From assembly GCA_002269645.1 (NCBI GenBank), contig NIVC01004486.1, positions 1-44,492 on the forward strand: 44,492 nucleotides of DNA. Reading direction: 5' to 3'. Under the pieces are notes generated by a model that did not search any database, was not told where the DNA came from, and worked only from the letters and a program-made list of their open reading frames with translations. Positions 1 to 10,571 of the stretch are shown here, piece after piece. Every line of letters starts with the position of its first letter. Position 1 is the first letter of the stretch. The translations under genes and the position numbers were made by a program. Source of the stretch: Macrostomum lignano. Taxonomy: Eukaryota.

Positions 1-74
1 TGATGATGGTGGTGATGATGATGATGATGATGACGGTGATGATGATGATGATGACGGTGATGATGATGATGAGG

Positions 75-117
<43 letters not shown>

Positions 118-136
118 ATGATGATGATGATGATGA
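1..136. repeat. (GAT)n microsatellite, runs off the left edge
   Basis: Near-pure GAT triplets with occasional GGT/GAC variants. Confidence 0.98.
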
Positions 137-610
137 TAGAGATAGGGGGGTAGAGAGGCCTGGGGACTTGGCTTAAGTGACAAGATCCAAGACAGGAAGT
201 AACCAACTTGTGCACCTCTAAAAACAAAATATGGTGAAAGATGTCAGTGAGGATTAAAAGAGGAAAGAAGAGCCATAAAAAAACCAAAAAAGAGAGAAAA
301 AGAGCAATAAAAACGCCATCAACCTGAAGCTGCCTGAAGAAAAGAACCCCGGACCAAGGAGCGAAACCCAGAAGAAAGCCAGATCAGAAAGAAGGAAGAG
401 GAAAGGCAATGAAAAACGAAAAGCAAGAACAAAAACGAGACTTATAACAGCAAGAAGGAAATGGCAAGAGGAGAAAGTAAAAATTGAGACATGGAATGCC
501 CAAAGAGCGAACATCGGAGCCGGACGTTTCGGACAAATGGTTAAGTTCGCACTGGAACGCTACATTATTCACTGAACTGAACAACGTGTCAAATGGAATC
601 AGAAGATACC
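137..610 (+). mobile_element. 5' fragment of degraded LINE-A (start of APE endonuclease)
   Basis: Same A-rich strand bias as 7395-11612; 480-575 reads KIETWNAQRANIGAGRFGQMVKFAL, resembling the APE N-terminal xTWNV motif; further APE motifs resume right after the LTR at 7395. Confidence 0.5.
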
Positions 611-838
611 ACCACCAAAATCACCGGCTGCAGTTCAGAGCAGCTTCGCCGCAAGCTGCTAGCGATCGAAAATGTCGACCTGGAGCAGGCGCTTCGGGTG
701 GCCAGAGCCATGGAGACAGCAGAGACTCAGGCAAGCCTCATGGAATCTAACGAGGCGGCGGTACAGCGACTTTGGCTTCGAGACACTGGTGCAGCGGCCT
801 CATCGGCAGAGCGCCTAGTCAAGGGACCAGCCAGGTAA
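593..838 (+). pseudogene. Gypsy gag fragment
   Basis: GCSSEQLRRKLLAIENVDLEQALRVARAMETAETQ resembles the conserved gag capsid C-terminal helix region of Gypsy elements. Confidence 0.7.
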
Positions 839-1049
839 GCAAGCCACGTGCATCAGATGCGGAGTCCCGGGCCATCGAACATGCAACGCAGACAGAGGTA
901 AGACGTGCGAGCGCTGAGGCAAGCCAAATCACCTGGCGAGGGCCTGTCTCTCCCGGCCGTTGGAAGCCGTCCGTGCCCTGCAGGCCGACAGCGACACTCA
1001 GAGCCGGAGGACAGCATCTTCTGTCTGACCGTGGCGGCCACCATGACGG

Positions 1050-2232
1050 CTACAGCCGGCGTCCGCACAACAGTGCTCGTCGACTCAACGCAGCTGGAAG
1101 TCCTGGTCGACAGCGGGGCGATTGCAATATCTTGACAGAGAGAGCCTGGTGGAAACTTCCGCGACCCCCGCCGCTGCAGACAACTCGCACAAAGGTATTC
1201 GCCTTCCGCTCTTCAGAACCACTCAGCATCCTGGGAGCCTGCAGCCTGCAGGTGACAACCGGCCAGGACAGCCAGGAGGTTCGCTTCATGGTCGTCCCCG
1301 GCGACGGCGTCAACATCCTGGGACGAGAGACATCGACCTCACTCCGCCTTCTGAGATTGGGGCCTCAGGTTCGCGCGATTGCAGCAGCCGAGACGGAGAA
1401 CGCAGAGACCCTGGCGCTGGCCAAGCGATTTCCGGAGCTCTTCAAAGGCCTCGGCAAGGTCAAGGGTGTTTTAGTTCAGATTGGTACGAGCTCGTATCAA
1501 GCCCGACGCTAGGCCCGTCTGTCATCCGCCCTCTCGAATATACCAGTACATCTCAGGGAGGCGCTGGACCGCGAGCTGGACGAGCAAGAGCGCATGCAGA
1601 TCATCCAGCCAGTAGAAGGCCCCACGCCATGGGTCAGTCGCATCGTCGTGGTACCGAAAGAGGACGGGAAGACCTTGAGGATCATCCAGGATCTGCGAGA
1701 CGTTAACAAGGCGTCCCTGAGGCAGCGACACCAAATCCCGACTTTTGAAGAAGCTACCAGTGACATGACGGGGTCGACAATCTTCACCAAGCTCGATATC
1801 TTCAAGGCGTTTCATCAAATTGAGATCAGTGAGGACAGCCGCAAGTACTTGGTCTTCTCAATGCCCCGAGGGATGCGTCAGCTGACACGCCTGAGCATGG
1901 GATTCGCCTCCGCCTTGCAGATCCTGCAGCGTGTCATGCAGCAAGTGCTGGAAGGCCTCACTGGTGTTAAGTGGATCCACGACGACATCATCATCCAGTC
2001 AGGGCCCTGAAGTTCACCAAGAACACGTGGCAGCCTGCCTGACCAGACTGCGTGACAATGGCATCACCCTGAATACCAGCAAGTGCCACTGGGGCATCGG
2101 CAAGGCCAAGTTCATGGCTATGACGCTCTCCAAGTTCGGCATCCAGCCATCAGAAGAGAAAATCGCGGAGCTGCAAGCATTCAAGGATCCACAGTCTGCC
2201 AAGGAAGTCCGGTCGTTCCTCGGCCTGGCCAA
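1050..2232 (+). pseudogene. Gypsy pol: aspartic protease and reverse transcriptase, frameshifted
   Basis: LEVLVDSGA (protease); PWVSRIVVVPK, DLRDVNK, FTKLDIFKAFHQI, WIHDDIII (RT); VRSFLGLAN; split over several frames. Confidence 0.93.
1965..2232 (+). repeat. 268-bp direct repeat, copy 1 (left flank of LINE-B)
   Basis: TGTTAAGTGGATCC...CCTGGCCAA, repeated at 5838-6105. Confidence 0.97.
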
Positions 2233-2344
2233 CTTGACTTACTTGACTTAGCTGCAGGGTGGTCCGTAGACACAGCGGGGAGGCGAGGGTCGCCCATTCC
2301 GCTAGCCCCTGAAGGCCCGCAGACAGGCAGAGGCGTGGGGCCGG

Positions 2345-4939
2345 TCAGGGTGGTCCGCCGGTCCGTCCTGCAGCGTGATCTTCCGTTGGGAAGAAACTGG
2401 CTCGTCTAGTCGCCCGAAGGAACTGGATGAGCCGTGGGATGCTGTCGGGCTGGCAGACCTCGTCAATGGACGGGTTCGGCCCGAGGTAGCGTAGCCGGTC
2501 TCTGTTAAAGAAAGGGCAGTGACAGACAAAGTGCTGAGCATCTTCTTTGTCGCACTCGCAAAAGGGGCAAATTTCGCTCTCGAGGTCGCCTCGGAGGAAG
2601 CAGTGCCTGGCGAGGTAGCCATGGCCGGTAAGGGTCATGACAAGGGCTCGAATATCCTTCCGATTCTGGTTCAGAAGGATGTTTCTGAGCCTGTGAGACG
2701 GGCAAGGAACCGCGGCACGAGATTGCCGGCAGTTTTGGGTGCCCGCCCATCTGTCCCTGTGGAGGGAGTCAGCCCAGTCGTCGATCTGACGATTGATGAC
2801 TGTCAAGGGCATAGGGACCAGGGGGGCAGGGCCGAAGAAAGAGCCAGAGCCGCCCCTCTTGGCGAGGGTGTCTGCCAGCTCGTTCCCCGGAAACCCTGCG
2901 TGCCCTGGGATCCACTTCAGCCTGACAGTATTGCTTCTGGCCAGGAGGTTGAGCTGCCGGGCGCAGTCGGCGACTGTCCGGGAGTTCGTTGTGGTGTGGC
3001 AAAGGGCCTGTAAGGCCGCTTGGCTGTCAGAGTGGATGACAATAGTCTTTCCTCTCGTAACCTTGGCGTTCAGCTCTGCAGCGCAAGAGCTGATGGCAAG
3101 GACTTCGTTCTGGAAGACTGTGGAGAGTCTACCAGTGTGCTGGGCATGCGTGGCAATTACGCGGCCGTTGATGATGATGCAGACCCCAAAGCCGGCGCGA
3201 CCGTCTTTGATGGATCCGTCCGTGTAGCAATGGACCTCCTGGAAATTCCAGTGGTCATTGGCAGCATCCCTAGAGGGGATGGTGACCTTGTAGCGCTGAA
3301 AGAGGTTGAGAGTGCGGGGTTCGCCGTCAGATAGGACGTGGAGCCCGCCGCTGTCTCTCAAGTCCTTGAGGCAGAGGTCAGCGTGGGGCAGAAGCTTGCG
3401 CTTAGCCATGGCCCTATGGGGCTGGATTCGAATGCCAGCGTCAGCTAGACGGCGGGCAGTCTTAGCCGCTTCCCTGCGGACAAAGATGTCCAGCGGAGGA
3501 ATGTTGAGGAAGGCGTTGAGGCCATCGTAGGGAGCAGACGGAGGGGCGCTCATGATCGTGCGACAAGCGCGCCCTTGCGCTCTCCTGAGAGCCTCTAGAC
3601 AGGTCTTTATCTGCAGGGCGCTAGCCCAGATCAGGCCGCCATACGAGATAGCGGGCCTAACCATTGCAGTGTAGATCCACCAGAGGCGCTTGGGGGTGAG
3701 CCCCCAGGTGGTGCCGACAGCCCTGCGCAATTGCGCGAGGACTGCGAAGGCCTTTTTGGCTTTTGTTTGAACGTGGGGTGACCAGTTCAGCCTGTGGTCC
3801 AGGGTAATACCCAGACATTTAGTCTGCTTGCAGAAGGGGATTTCCCTTCCGTAAAGCGTGAGCGGCCGAATCTGCCACTTGGTCCTGCTGGTGAACATGA
3901 TCGCTGCGGTCTTAGTCTCAGAGAGCCTTAAACCACAGCGGTCCGCCCATTGCTCAGCAGCGTAGATGAAGTTCTGAAGAAGGTCCCTGAGGGTATCAGG
4001 GGACGGACCAGATGCCACCGCGGTGACATCGTCCGCATATCCAACTTTCAGAATGGGGTCAGGCCGAACATCCCGGAGGAGCTCATCGATGACCATATTC
4101 CAGAGAACTGGAGACAGCACCCCACCTTGCGGGCTACCTTTGCAGACGGGGACCGTCCTCTGGTAGCCCAGCAGACTGGCGGTGGCCGTGCGATGGCTGA
4201 TCATGTACATGATCCATCTGGTGAGATGTGAGTGCGTTTGCCTCTCACAAAGAGCTCTTCGGAACGCCTCAAAGAGGACGTTATCGAAGGCGCCAATGAT
4301 ATCCAGGAAGATCCCCAGAGCAAAGCCATTACCAAGCACGGCCTTCTCGAGTTTATCGACCAGGACGTGCAGCGCGCTTTCAGTGGAGCGACCCGCCCGA
4401 AAAGCGTGCTGGTTCTCGCTGAGAGGTTTGTTCTTCAGCTCAACAGAGAGAAGGCGCCAAAGCACCAGTCTCTCCATCAGCTTGACCAGGGAGGAGGTCA
4501 AGCTGATCGGTCTGAAGGATTTGATAGAATGGTAGTCCGAGCGGCCTGGCTTAGGGATAAAGATCACCTTTGCCTCGGTCCAAGCCTGTGGGACATAACC
4601 AAGCGTGATGCATGCCCGAAGAAGGCTGCAAAGTTTGCGCAGGAAGCCTGGGCATTTAACCGCCTCTCTTAGAAGGGCCGGTACAATGCCGTCGGGTCCT
4701 GGGGCTTTGAAAGGCTTGAAGGAATTTGCCGCTCTCACAATGCGGTCCTCCGTGATGATAGAGGCAGCCAGCGCGTGACCTCCCTCCGAGTGATCCGGAG
4801 TGGTCTGGTTAGCTGGCTCGTTGGGGAAAAACGCAGTGAGCATTACATCAAGCGTTTCCCCTGGGTTGTCCATGGACGTACCGTCGGTGCGTTTGACCGA
4901 GGAGAGCTTAGACATTTTGTCCAGCGTGAGCGCTTTCAC
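2345..4939 (-). CDS. LINE-B ORF2: RT, RNase H and C-terminal zinc knuckle
   Basis: KAPGPDG, FRPISL, FLDIIGAFD, GSPQGGVLSPVLW, YADD; RNase H YTDGS, EVLAI, SDSQAAL, WIPGH, GNELADTLAK; CPFC...HFVCHC; 864 aa without stops. Confidence 0.95.
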   Translation of the reverse strand: MKALTLDKMSKLSSVKRTDGTSMDNPGETLDVMLTAFFPNEPANQTTPDHSEGGHALAASIITEDRIVRAANSFKPFKAPGPDGIVPALLREAVKCPGFLRKLCSLLRACITLGYVPQAWTEAKVIFIPKPGRSDYHSIKSFRPISLTSSLVKLMERLVLWRLLSVELKNKPLSENQHAFRAGRSTESALHVLVDKLEKAVLGNGFALGIFLDIIGAFDNVLFEAFRRALCERQTHSHLTRWIMYMISHRTATASLLGYQRTVPVCKGSPQGGVLSPVLWNMVIDELLRDVRPDPILKVGYADDVTAVASGPSPDTLRDLLQNFIYAAEQWADRCGLRLSETKTAAIMFTSRTKWQIRPLTLYGREIPFCKQTKCLGITLDHRLNWSPHVQTKAKKAFAVLAQLRRAVGTTWGLTPKRLWWIYTAMVRPAISYGGLIWASALQIKTCLEALRRAQGRACRTIMSAPPSAPYDGLNAFLNIPPLDIFVRREAAKTARRLADAGIRIQPHRAMAKRKLLPHADLCLKDLRDSGGLHVLSDGEPRTLNLFQRYKVTIPSRDAANDHWNFQEVHCYTDGSIKDGRAGFGVCIIINGRVIATHAQHTGRLSTVFQNEVLAISSCAAELNAKVTRGKTIVIHSDSQAALQALCHTTTNSRTVADCARQLNLLARSNTVRLKWIPGHAGFPGNELADTLAKRGGSGSFFGPAPLVPMPLTVINRQIDDWADSLHRDRWAGTQNCRQSRAAVPCPSHRLRNILLNQNRKDIRALVMTLTGHGYLARHCFLRGDLESEICPFCECDKEDAQHFVCHCPFFNRDRLRYLGPNPSIDEVCQPDSIPRLIQFLRATRRASFFPTEDHAAGRTGGPP

Positions 4940-5837
4940 AACTCTGGAGGTGGGGCGTGAGCCTCTAGCTCCTCACAGTATTGTCGCCATTTTTGAGCCT
5001 TTGCATTCCTAACCTTCCTTTTAAACTCATGAATTGCTTCATGATAGGCGGTTTGGTCTGCAGGGCTCTTAGTTTTAGTTGCTCTGCGGTGGAGTCTCTT
5101 AGCCCTGCGACGGAGGTTGCCGAGCTCGGGATTCCACCACGGCGCCGATTTTTTCCCTTTATAGGCTTTTAAAGGGCAGGACGCCTCAAAGGCGGCGGTT
5201 AGCGTCTCTGTCAAAACAGTCGCGCACTCATCCGCCTCTCGGCACGACGTGATCGTGGATGGTTGGCCAGGAGACCGATGGAATTCCTTCAGGGCGAGCC
5301 CGAAGGTTTCCCAATCCGTATTTCTGGCGTTCCGTCTCCACGTAACACGAGTTGCGCTACGCGCGGCCATTAGGTTGAAGGAGATGAACTTGTGATCCGA
5401 GAGTGAGGACACTGGAAGCACCCGCCACGCTCCAATACTCTGGTAGAGTCTGGGCGTTGCGAGCGTAGCGTCGATCACCTCCGACCACCGTCCGTTGTCA
5501 AAGGTAGGGGTGGACCCAGAGTTGCAGAACTCGAGGGTCGTAGAGGCAACGTAGGCTAGGAGGTCTTCGCCTCTCTGATTAATGCCAGTGCTGCCCCAGT
5601 GAGTGTGGTGGGCGTTGATGTCGCCGGCAACCATGAGCTCGTAGTTTTTGGCAGAGCAGAGCTCTACCAGCGTAGCGAGGGCTCTGGGGACGACCGCAGC
5701 ATCGCCTGGTAGGTAAACCGAGGCAATGAGGGTGGTCTTCCAGGAAGAAGGTCCTCGGATTGGATGACGCAGATGTCCCTGTTGGACAGGTCCGATCTGA
5801 GCCACGCACTGAGCGTTTTGCTCGCAAAGATGCAAGC
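4936..5837 (-). CDS. LINE-B APE endonuclease part of ORF2 (5'-truncated; frameshifted relative to RT)
   Basis: SVYLP, GDINAHH..WGS, TPTF, IDATL, SDH, PWWNPEL motifs. Confidence 0.9.
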
Positions 5838-6105
5838 TGTTAAGTGGATCCACGACGACATCATCATCCAGTCAGGGCCCTGAAGTTCACCAAGAACACG
5901 TGGCAGCCTGCCTGACCAGACTGCGTGACAATGGCATCACCCTGAATACCAGCAAGTGCCACTGGGGCATCGGCAAGGCCAAGTTCATGGCTATGACGCT
6001 CTCCAAGTTCGGCATCCAGCCATCAGAAGAGAAAATCGCGGAGCTGCAAGCATTCAAGGATCCACAGTCTGCCAAGGAAGTCCGGTCGTTCCTCGGCCTG
6101 GCCAA
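5838..6105 (+). repeat. 268-bp direct repeat, copy 2 (right flank of LINE-B)
   Basis: Appears identical to 1965-2232 on visual comparison. Confidence 0.97.
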
Positions 6106-7014
6106 TCACCTCGAGAAGTTCATGCCGCACCTTGCCAACAAAGCGGAGCCGCTGAGGCGACTAACACGGAAAAGCCAGGAATTCGTCTGGGACCGCGAGC
6201 AGCAGCAAGCCTTCCAGGACCTCTACGTGGTGATGGCGCCAGCGTCATCAACTGTGTCATGGCATCATTCAGCCGCTTCGGGGTGCCGCAGCAGATCACT
6301 ACGGACAACGGCACCTACTTCACGAGCGAGGAATTCAGTGTGTTTCTGGACGGCCTCGGGGTTCGACAGCGCAGGGTCACCCCGTTCTACCCGGCGGCGA
6401 ACGGCGAGGTGGAGCGCTTCAACCGCAGCCTCAACAAGGCCATCAACGCCGCCACGGCCGAAGGCAACGACTGGCGGCGGGCGATCCACGAGTGGCTGCT
6501 CGGATACCGCAACTCTGTGCACCGAGGCACCGACCGCACGCCCAACGACCTCATGTTCAACCGAGAGACCGGCGACATCCTGCCATCTGGCCTGACAAAG
6601 CAAACCGGCAGCTCCGGACGGCAGCTGCAGCGCCACGGCTGCGGCTACAAGCAGGCGATGCGCAAGGCGGCCGACACGCAGCGATCGGCTGCGCCACACG
6701 GCATCCTGGCAGGCGCCCGCGTGCTGCTCAGAAACCGCGGCAAGGCCAAGCTGCGCTGTCCGTTCGACCCGCGGCCTTGGCATGTCAAAGCAGTCAGCGG
6801 CGGCACCCTGACGCTGCAACGCGGCACGGCAGTCATTCGGCGGCATGTGACTGAGGCGAAGCCGCTGCGTGAGTGCCCCTGGGACCTTGACGAGCTGGAC
6901 GGCGATCAGCGGCCGGGGGCGCCGGCGACGGAGGCAAATCCGGCCAACGACGGTCCGATTGCGCAGAGGCCTCATCCCAAGACAGCAAAGCGGCCCGTCT
7001 GCTACAAGCAGTGA
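6106..7014 (+). pseudogene. Gypsy pol: RT C-terminus joined by deletion to integrase core and C-terminal domain
   Basis: AEPLRRLTRK..FVWDREQQQAF followed directly by FSRFGVPQQITTDNG..PAANGEVERFN and a GPY/F-like region; RNase H and integrase N-terminus absent (junction near 6222). Confidence 0.9.
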
Positions 7015-7200
7015 CTTGATTCGAACTGAGCCGGGAGGCTGTCTAAGATCGGCATTCTTTGATTGGTTAAGTATTTAAACGTTCAAAAATCGAAATTTTT
7101 GCTACTGTTTTACTAATTAATTTTTTTAATCCTTTACAACTTTCTCGTCAATTTTCGCAATGAAATTTTAAACCCTTTCGTATTGGACTTTTATTTTGCT

Positions 7201-7212
7201 TTGGGGGAGAGA
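7201..7212 (+). other. Polypurine tract
   Basis: TTGGGGGAGAGA directly before the TG start of the LTR. Confidence 0.8.
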
Positions 7213-7394
7213 TGTGGTGCGCAGCCTATGCGTGTACAATGCCCTTTCTCTTGCTCTCTAGCCAGCGTGCTCAGCACCTCAATGTATTGCGTAAGTCATA
7301 GCTGCACATCTGCAGCTGTGTGAATATATATCGTAAATATACGGCTCTTATAGGTTTAAGATTCTTATCCGCCAAGCGGACTACAAGCACTACA
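7213..7394 (+). repeat. 3' LTR (182 bp)
   Basis: Begins TGTGGTGC, ends GCACTACA (7/8 inverted match, TG...CA); follows a PPT. Confidence 0.82.
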
Positions 7395-9305
7395 GTAGTC
7401 TACTCCTACAAAGTAGGGATATTGCTGAACAACACCGCGTGAACGGTATGGCGCGAAAACGACCGGATAACAGACTTCTAGCTATTAAAATTGACAAATT
7501 GATGGTCATGGTGATTTACCAACAGTGAGCAAAACCTATCCGACCACCTTACAGCGAAAGTTGTGACATTACACAGGAATTTCTGCGAGCGCCACAGGGC
7601 GATACCCAGAAGAAACCCAAAAACACAAGAAAAGCAAATCGTATGGGAACGCCTACGCGACTCAGAAACCAAAGAAGGTTTCAGGACTCTAACAGAAGAA
7701 AACATGAAAAGATAGGACCGGAAAATCAGAGACGATATGCGGGACGAAGAAAAGACAAAACGAATGAGTGGATGATCGGACACGAGAAAGAACTTGAGTT
7801 TAAACAAGGAAATCGCAAAGGCCCTGGCCAGGCGCAACAGCACGAAGGAATCAGGAATGAACAATACACCTGAGGCAACGGCAAGACAAGAAGAGGAGAG
7901 GGAACAGACAAAAGAACAACTCAAAGAGTGCAGAGAAAAGCACAAAGAAGCAATACAGAGATGGGAAGAGGAATGGTGGCAGAACATTGCGGACGTAGGC
8001 GGAATGTATGAATGTCAGAGGAAAATTGGGAAAAACTGCCAACCTAACAGTAACAACAGCAAGTCCGTACCACTGTTCTCGGCGGAAGTTTTCAGGGATC
8101 ACCTGGAAGCCATCCAAGCCGTTAGATTCAAAAATGACCCAGACACAATGTATGCACTACTCAAACAGATCCAGAAACCGGAGCTCGACGAACAAACAAG
8201 GGAAGAAGCGACCAAGGATCTGACATAGGAACTAACCGGTGATGAAATTGATATAGCGATAGCCAAAATAAAGGACGGAGCACCTGGAGAGGATGGCGTC
8301 AGAATGCGCTATATCAGAGACGCGTGTACAGAAGTCAACACGCACCTGAAGATGAAAATTCACCGCTTGTCGAAGACTCCAGCAACCGGAGACGGGTGGA
8401 GATCAAGCGACAAGACAGGAATCATTGTACCGCTACACAAGAAGAGCGACAGAGCTAACATGAACAATTTCAGGGGAGTGTGCCTCCTGTCGATGGTAAG
8501 CAGAGTCCTAGCAACCTAGCGAATCCTAGCAACCAGACTGAGCAAATGGACAGAACGCCTCAAAGATACACAAGCAGGCTTCAGGAGCGGACGATCCACC
8601 CTAGACGCCACCCAAGTAATCCTGAGACTCAAAGAAAATGAGGCAGCCCAGATTTCAGTGGAAGAATGATTACAGCAATTACGCTATTGGATCTAAGAAA
8701 AGCCTACCAGAGAGTGAACAAACCAGTGCTTTGGAGATACCTAGAAGAGAGCATTCTCAACAATATTCTCAGCAAGGACTTGCACGAACAAGGTGCGATG
8801 CGACAAGGAAACCAGCACGGAGTTCTACCCCCAACGGGGGCTCAGAGAAGGATGCGCGACGTCACCTATCCTCTTCAATATATTCCATCAGGCAGTCATG
8901 CGACTGGCAGAAGAAAAAGGGCGAAAAAAGCAAGAGAGGAAGGAAAGCAGTACGGAGTGAAGTGGGTCCATAGGCCAGGACACGCGCTACCGCCCAAAAG
9001 AACAGAACGATACGAGTACAACGAGGAAACGACCAACACACCATCATATCGAACTCACATTTCGCGGACGATATGACTTTGATAGGCATGTCGGAAGAAA
9101 TAGCATCAGGAACAGACACAATCGAGATAACGATGGGCGAACAAGAGAAGAGAACAAATACAGACAAAGAAGAGAAGGCAACCCTCAGGACAAAAAAGAC
9201 GACAAAATCAGGATGCTAGGAACGTGGCTTGGGAGTACAGAGGATACCAGCGTATAACACAGACAATGAAGAGAGCAGCTCAAGCTTGAAACGGAGTTTA
9301 AAGAA
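7395..9305 (+). mobile_element. Degraded LINE-A, middle part (rest of APE and RT; RTE-like)
   Basis: VGILLN, RLLAIKI (APE); APGEDG, IVPLHKK..NFRGVCLLS, QAGFRSGRST, LLDLRKAY, FADD at 9061; many stops and frameshifts. Confidence 0.85.
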
Positions 9306-10571
9306 TACGAGGGGTATTTCAAAAGTTCGTAGAAAGTGATAGAAAGCAAGCAGATATCAAAAAGTGGGTTGCGACACATTAATCAGCATCTCAATCTGAT
9401 CTCTCAACGTAATCGCCACCAATTTCTATGCACGTTCGCATGCGCTGCAGCCAGCTATCAAAGCAACCCCTAAAATCAGCTTTTTCAATGGAGTTGAGCT
9501 GCTCATTCACAGCAGAAATCAGCTCATCTCGAGTCTCAAACAACTTTCCACGCAGCGGCTGCTTGATTTTCGAAAATAACCAGAAATCGCACGGCGCCAG
9601 ATCCGGTGAATAAGGCGGAGCGCTCAGCAGCTTGATGCCAGAAGCATGAATGTGCTGCACTGTGTTGTTCGCTGTGTGTGCAGGTGCGTTGTCGTGATGC
9701 AGGAAGTAGCGGCGTAGCTCAGCTTTGCCGCGGCCAGCTGCGATGGAATTGAACACAGCGGGCAAGCAGCTGGTCACGTACCAATCAGAGGTCACAGTGC
9801 GGCCTTGCTCAACAGGCACTGAGGCTACGATGCCTCTGGGCGAGAAGAAAATCGCGAACATGATTTTCCCAGCTGACCTCACCCGCTCCGCCTTTTGGGG
9901 AGGTGGGGCTCCTTTCAGTGACCAAACCATCGACTGTGATTTAGTTGGCGGGTCGTACTGATGGAACCAGGCTTCATCACCTGTGACGATGTTCTGGAAA
10001 TTCGCAGATGCTCCATCTTTGAACTGATCCAGGAAATTTCTGCAGAAATCAATTCTCTGCTGCTTCTGCTCAGGCGAGAGGATTCGTGGCACCCATTTGG
10101 CAGCTTTCTTGGTGACACCAAGATCTTCGTGCAAGATCCTCCAAATCGATGTGGCATCAATGCCCAAACTCTCCTCCATCCTCTCAATCGTCAGTCTTGC
10201 ATTCTCGTTCAACGCCGACTGCACAGCAGCCACATTTAAGGAATCTGTTGATGTTCTTGGACGACCTTCTCTTGGCTTGTCAGCCAGATTGAAATGGCCG
10301 GCTCTAAAGCGACCAAACCACTTGTGCACAGTGCTGAGGGATGGAGCTTCATCTTGCAGTACAGTCTTCATCTCAGCAGCAGCTTCATTTCTGGAGAACG
10401 CAGTAAACGCAGTGGGGAGTTCAGAGTTTTATTGCAGATTTCTGGTGGCCATTTCAATTAATTTTGCTGAAAATTTAGCTGTAGGCTTTGGATATATGAA
10501 ATAGTATTTGTGAAAAGTTTCAAGGCTATAGCTTTATGCAAAGACTGCTTTTCTACGAACTTTTGAAATAC
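9306..10571 (-). mobile_element. Mariner (DD34D) DNA transposon
   Basis: TA + CGAGGGGTATTTCAAAAGTTCGTAGAAA at 9306; inverted copy TTTCTACGAACTTTTGAAATAC at 10550-10571 lacking the outer 6 bp. Confidence 0.93.
9391..10371 (-). CDS. Mariner transposase (N-terminus probably disrupted)
   Basis: WVPRIL, IVTGDEAW, HHDNAPAH, PPYSPDLAPCDFWLF. Confidence 0.95.
   Translation of the reverse strand: MKTVLQDEAPSLSTVHKWFGRFRAGHFNLADKPREGRPRTSTDSLNVAAVQSALNENARLTIERMEESLGIDATSIWRILHEDLGVTKKAAKWVPRILSPEQKQQRIDFCRNFLDQFKDGASANFQNIVTGDEAWFHQYDPPTKSQSMVWSLKGAPPPQKAERVRSAGKIMFAIFFSPRGIVASVPVEQGRTVTSDWYVTSCLPAVFNSIAAGRGKAELRRYFLHHDNAPAHTANNTVQHIHASGIKLLSAPPYSPDLAPCDFWLFSKIKQPLRGKLFETRDELISAVNEQLNSIEKADFRGCFDSWLQRMRTCIEIGGDYVERSD

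Larger units (their letters stand above)
2233..5837 (-). mobile_element. LINE-B: 5'-truncated non-LTR retrotransposon with APE-RT-RNase H (I-group, R1/Loa/Tad1-like)
   Basis: APE, RT, RNase H and CCHC domains; short 3' UTR; AAGTCAAGTAAGTCAAG tail (minus strand) at 2233-2249. Confidence 0.93.
611..7394 (+). mobile_element. Ty3/Gypsy LTR retrotransposon, 5'-deleted, internally deleted and interrupted by LINE-B
   Basis: Order gag - protease (DSG) - RT - integrase - PPT - LTR; no 5' LTR seen. Confidence 0.92.

Noticed and set aside
2302-7078. Numerous antisense and alternate-frame ORFs over retroelement genes
   Set aside because: Shadow ORFs of GC-rich coding sequence with no motifs
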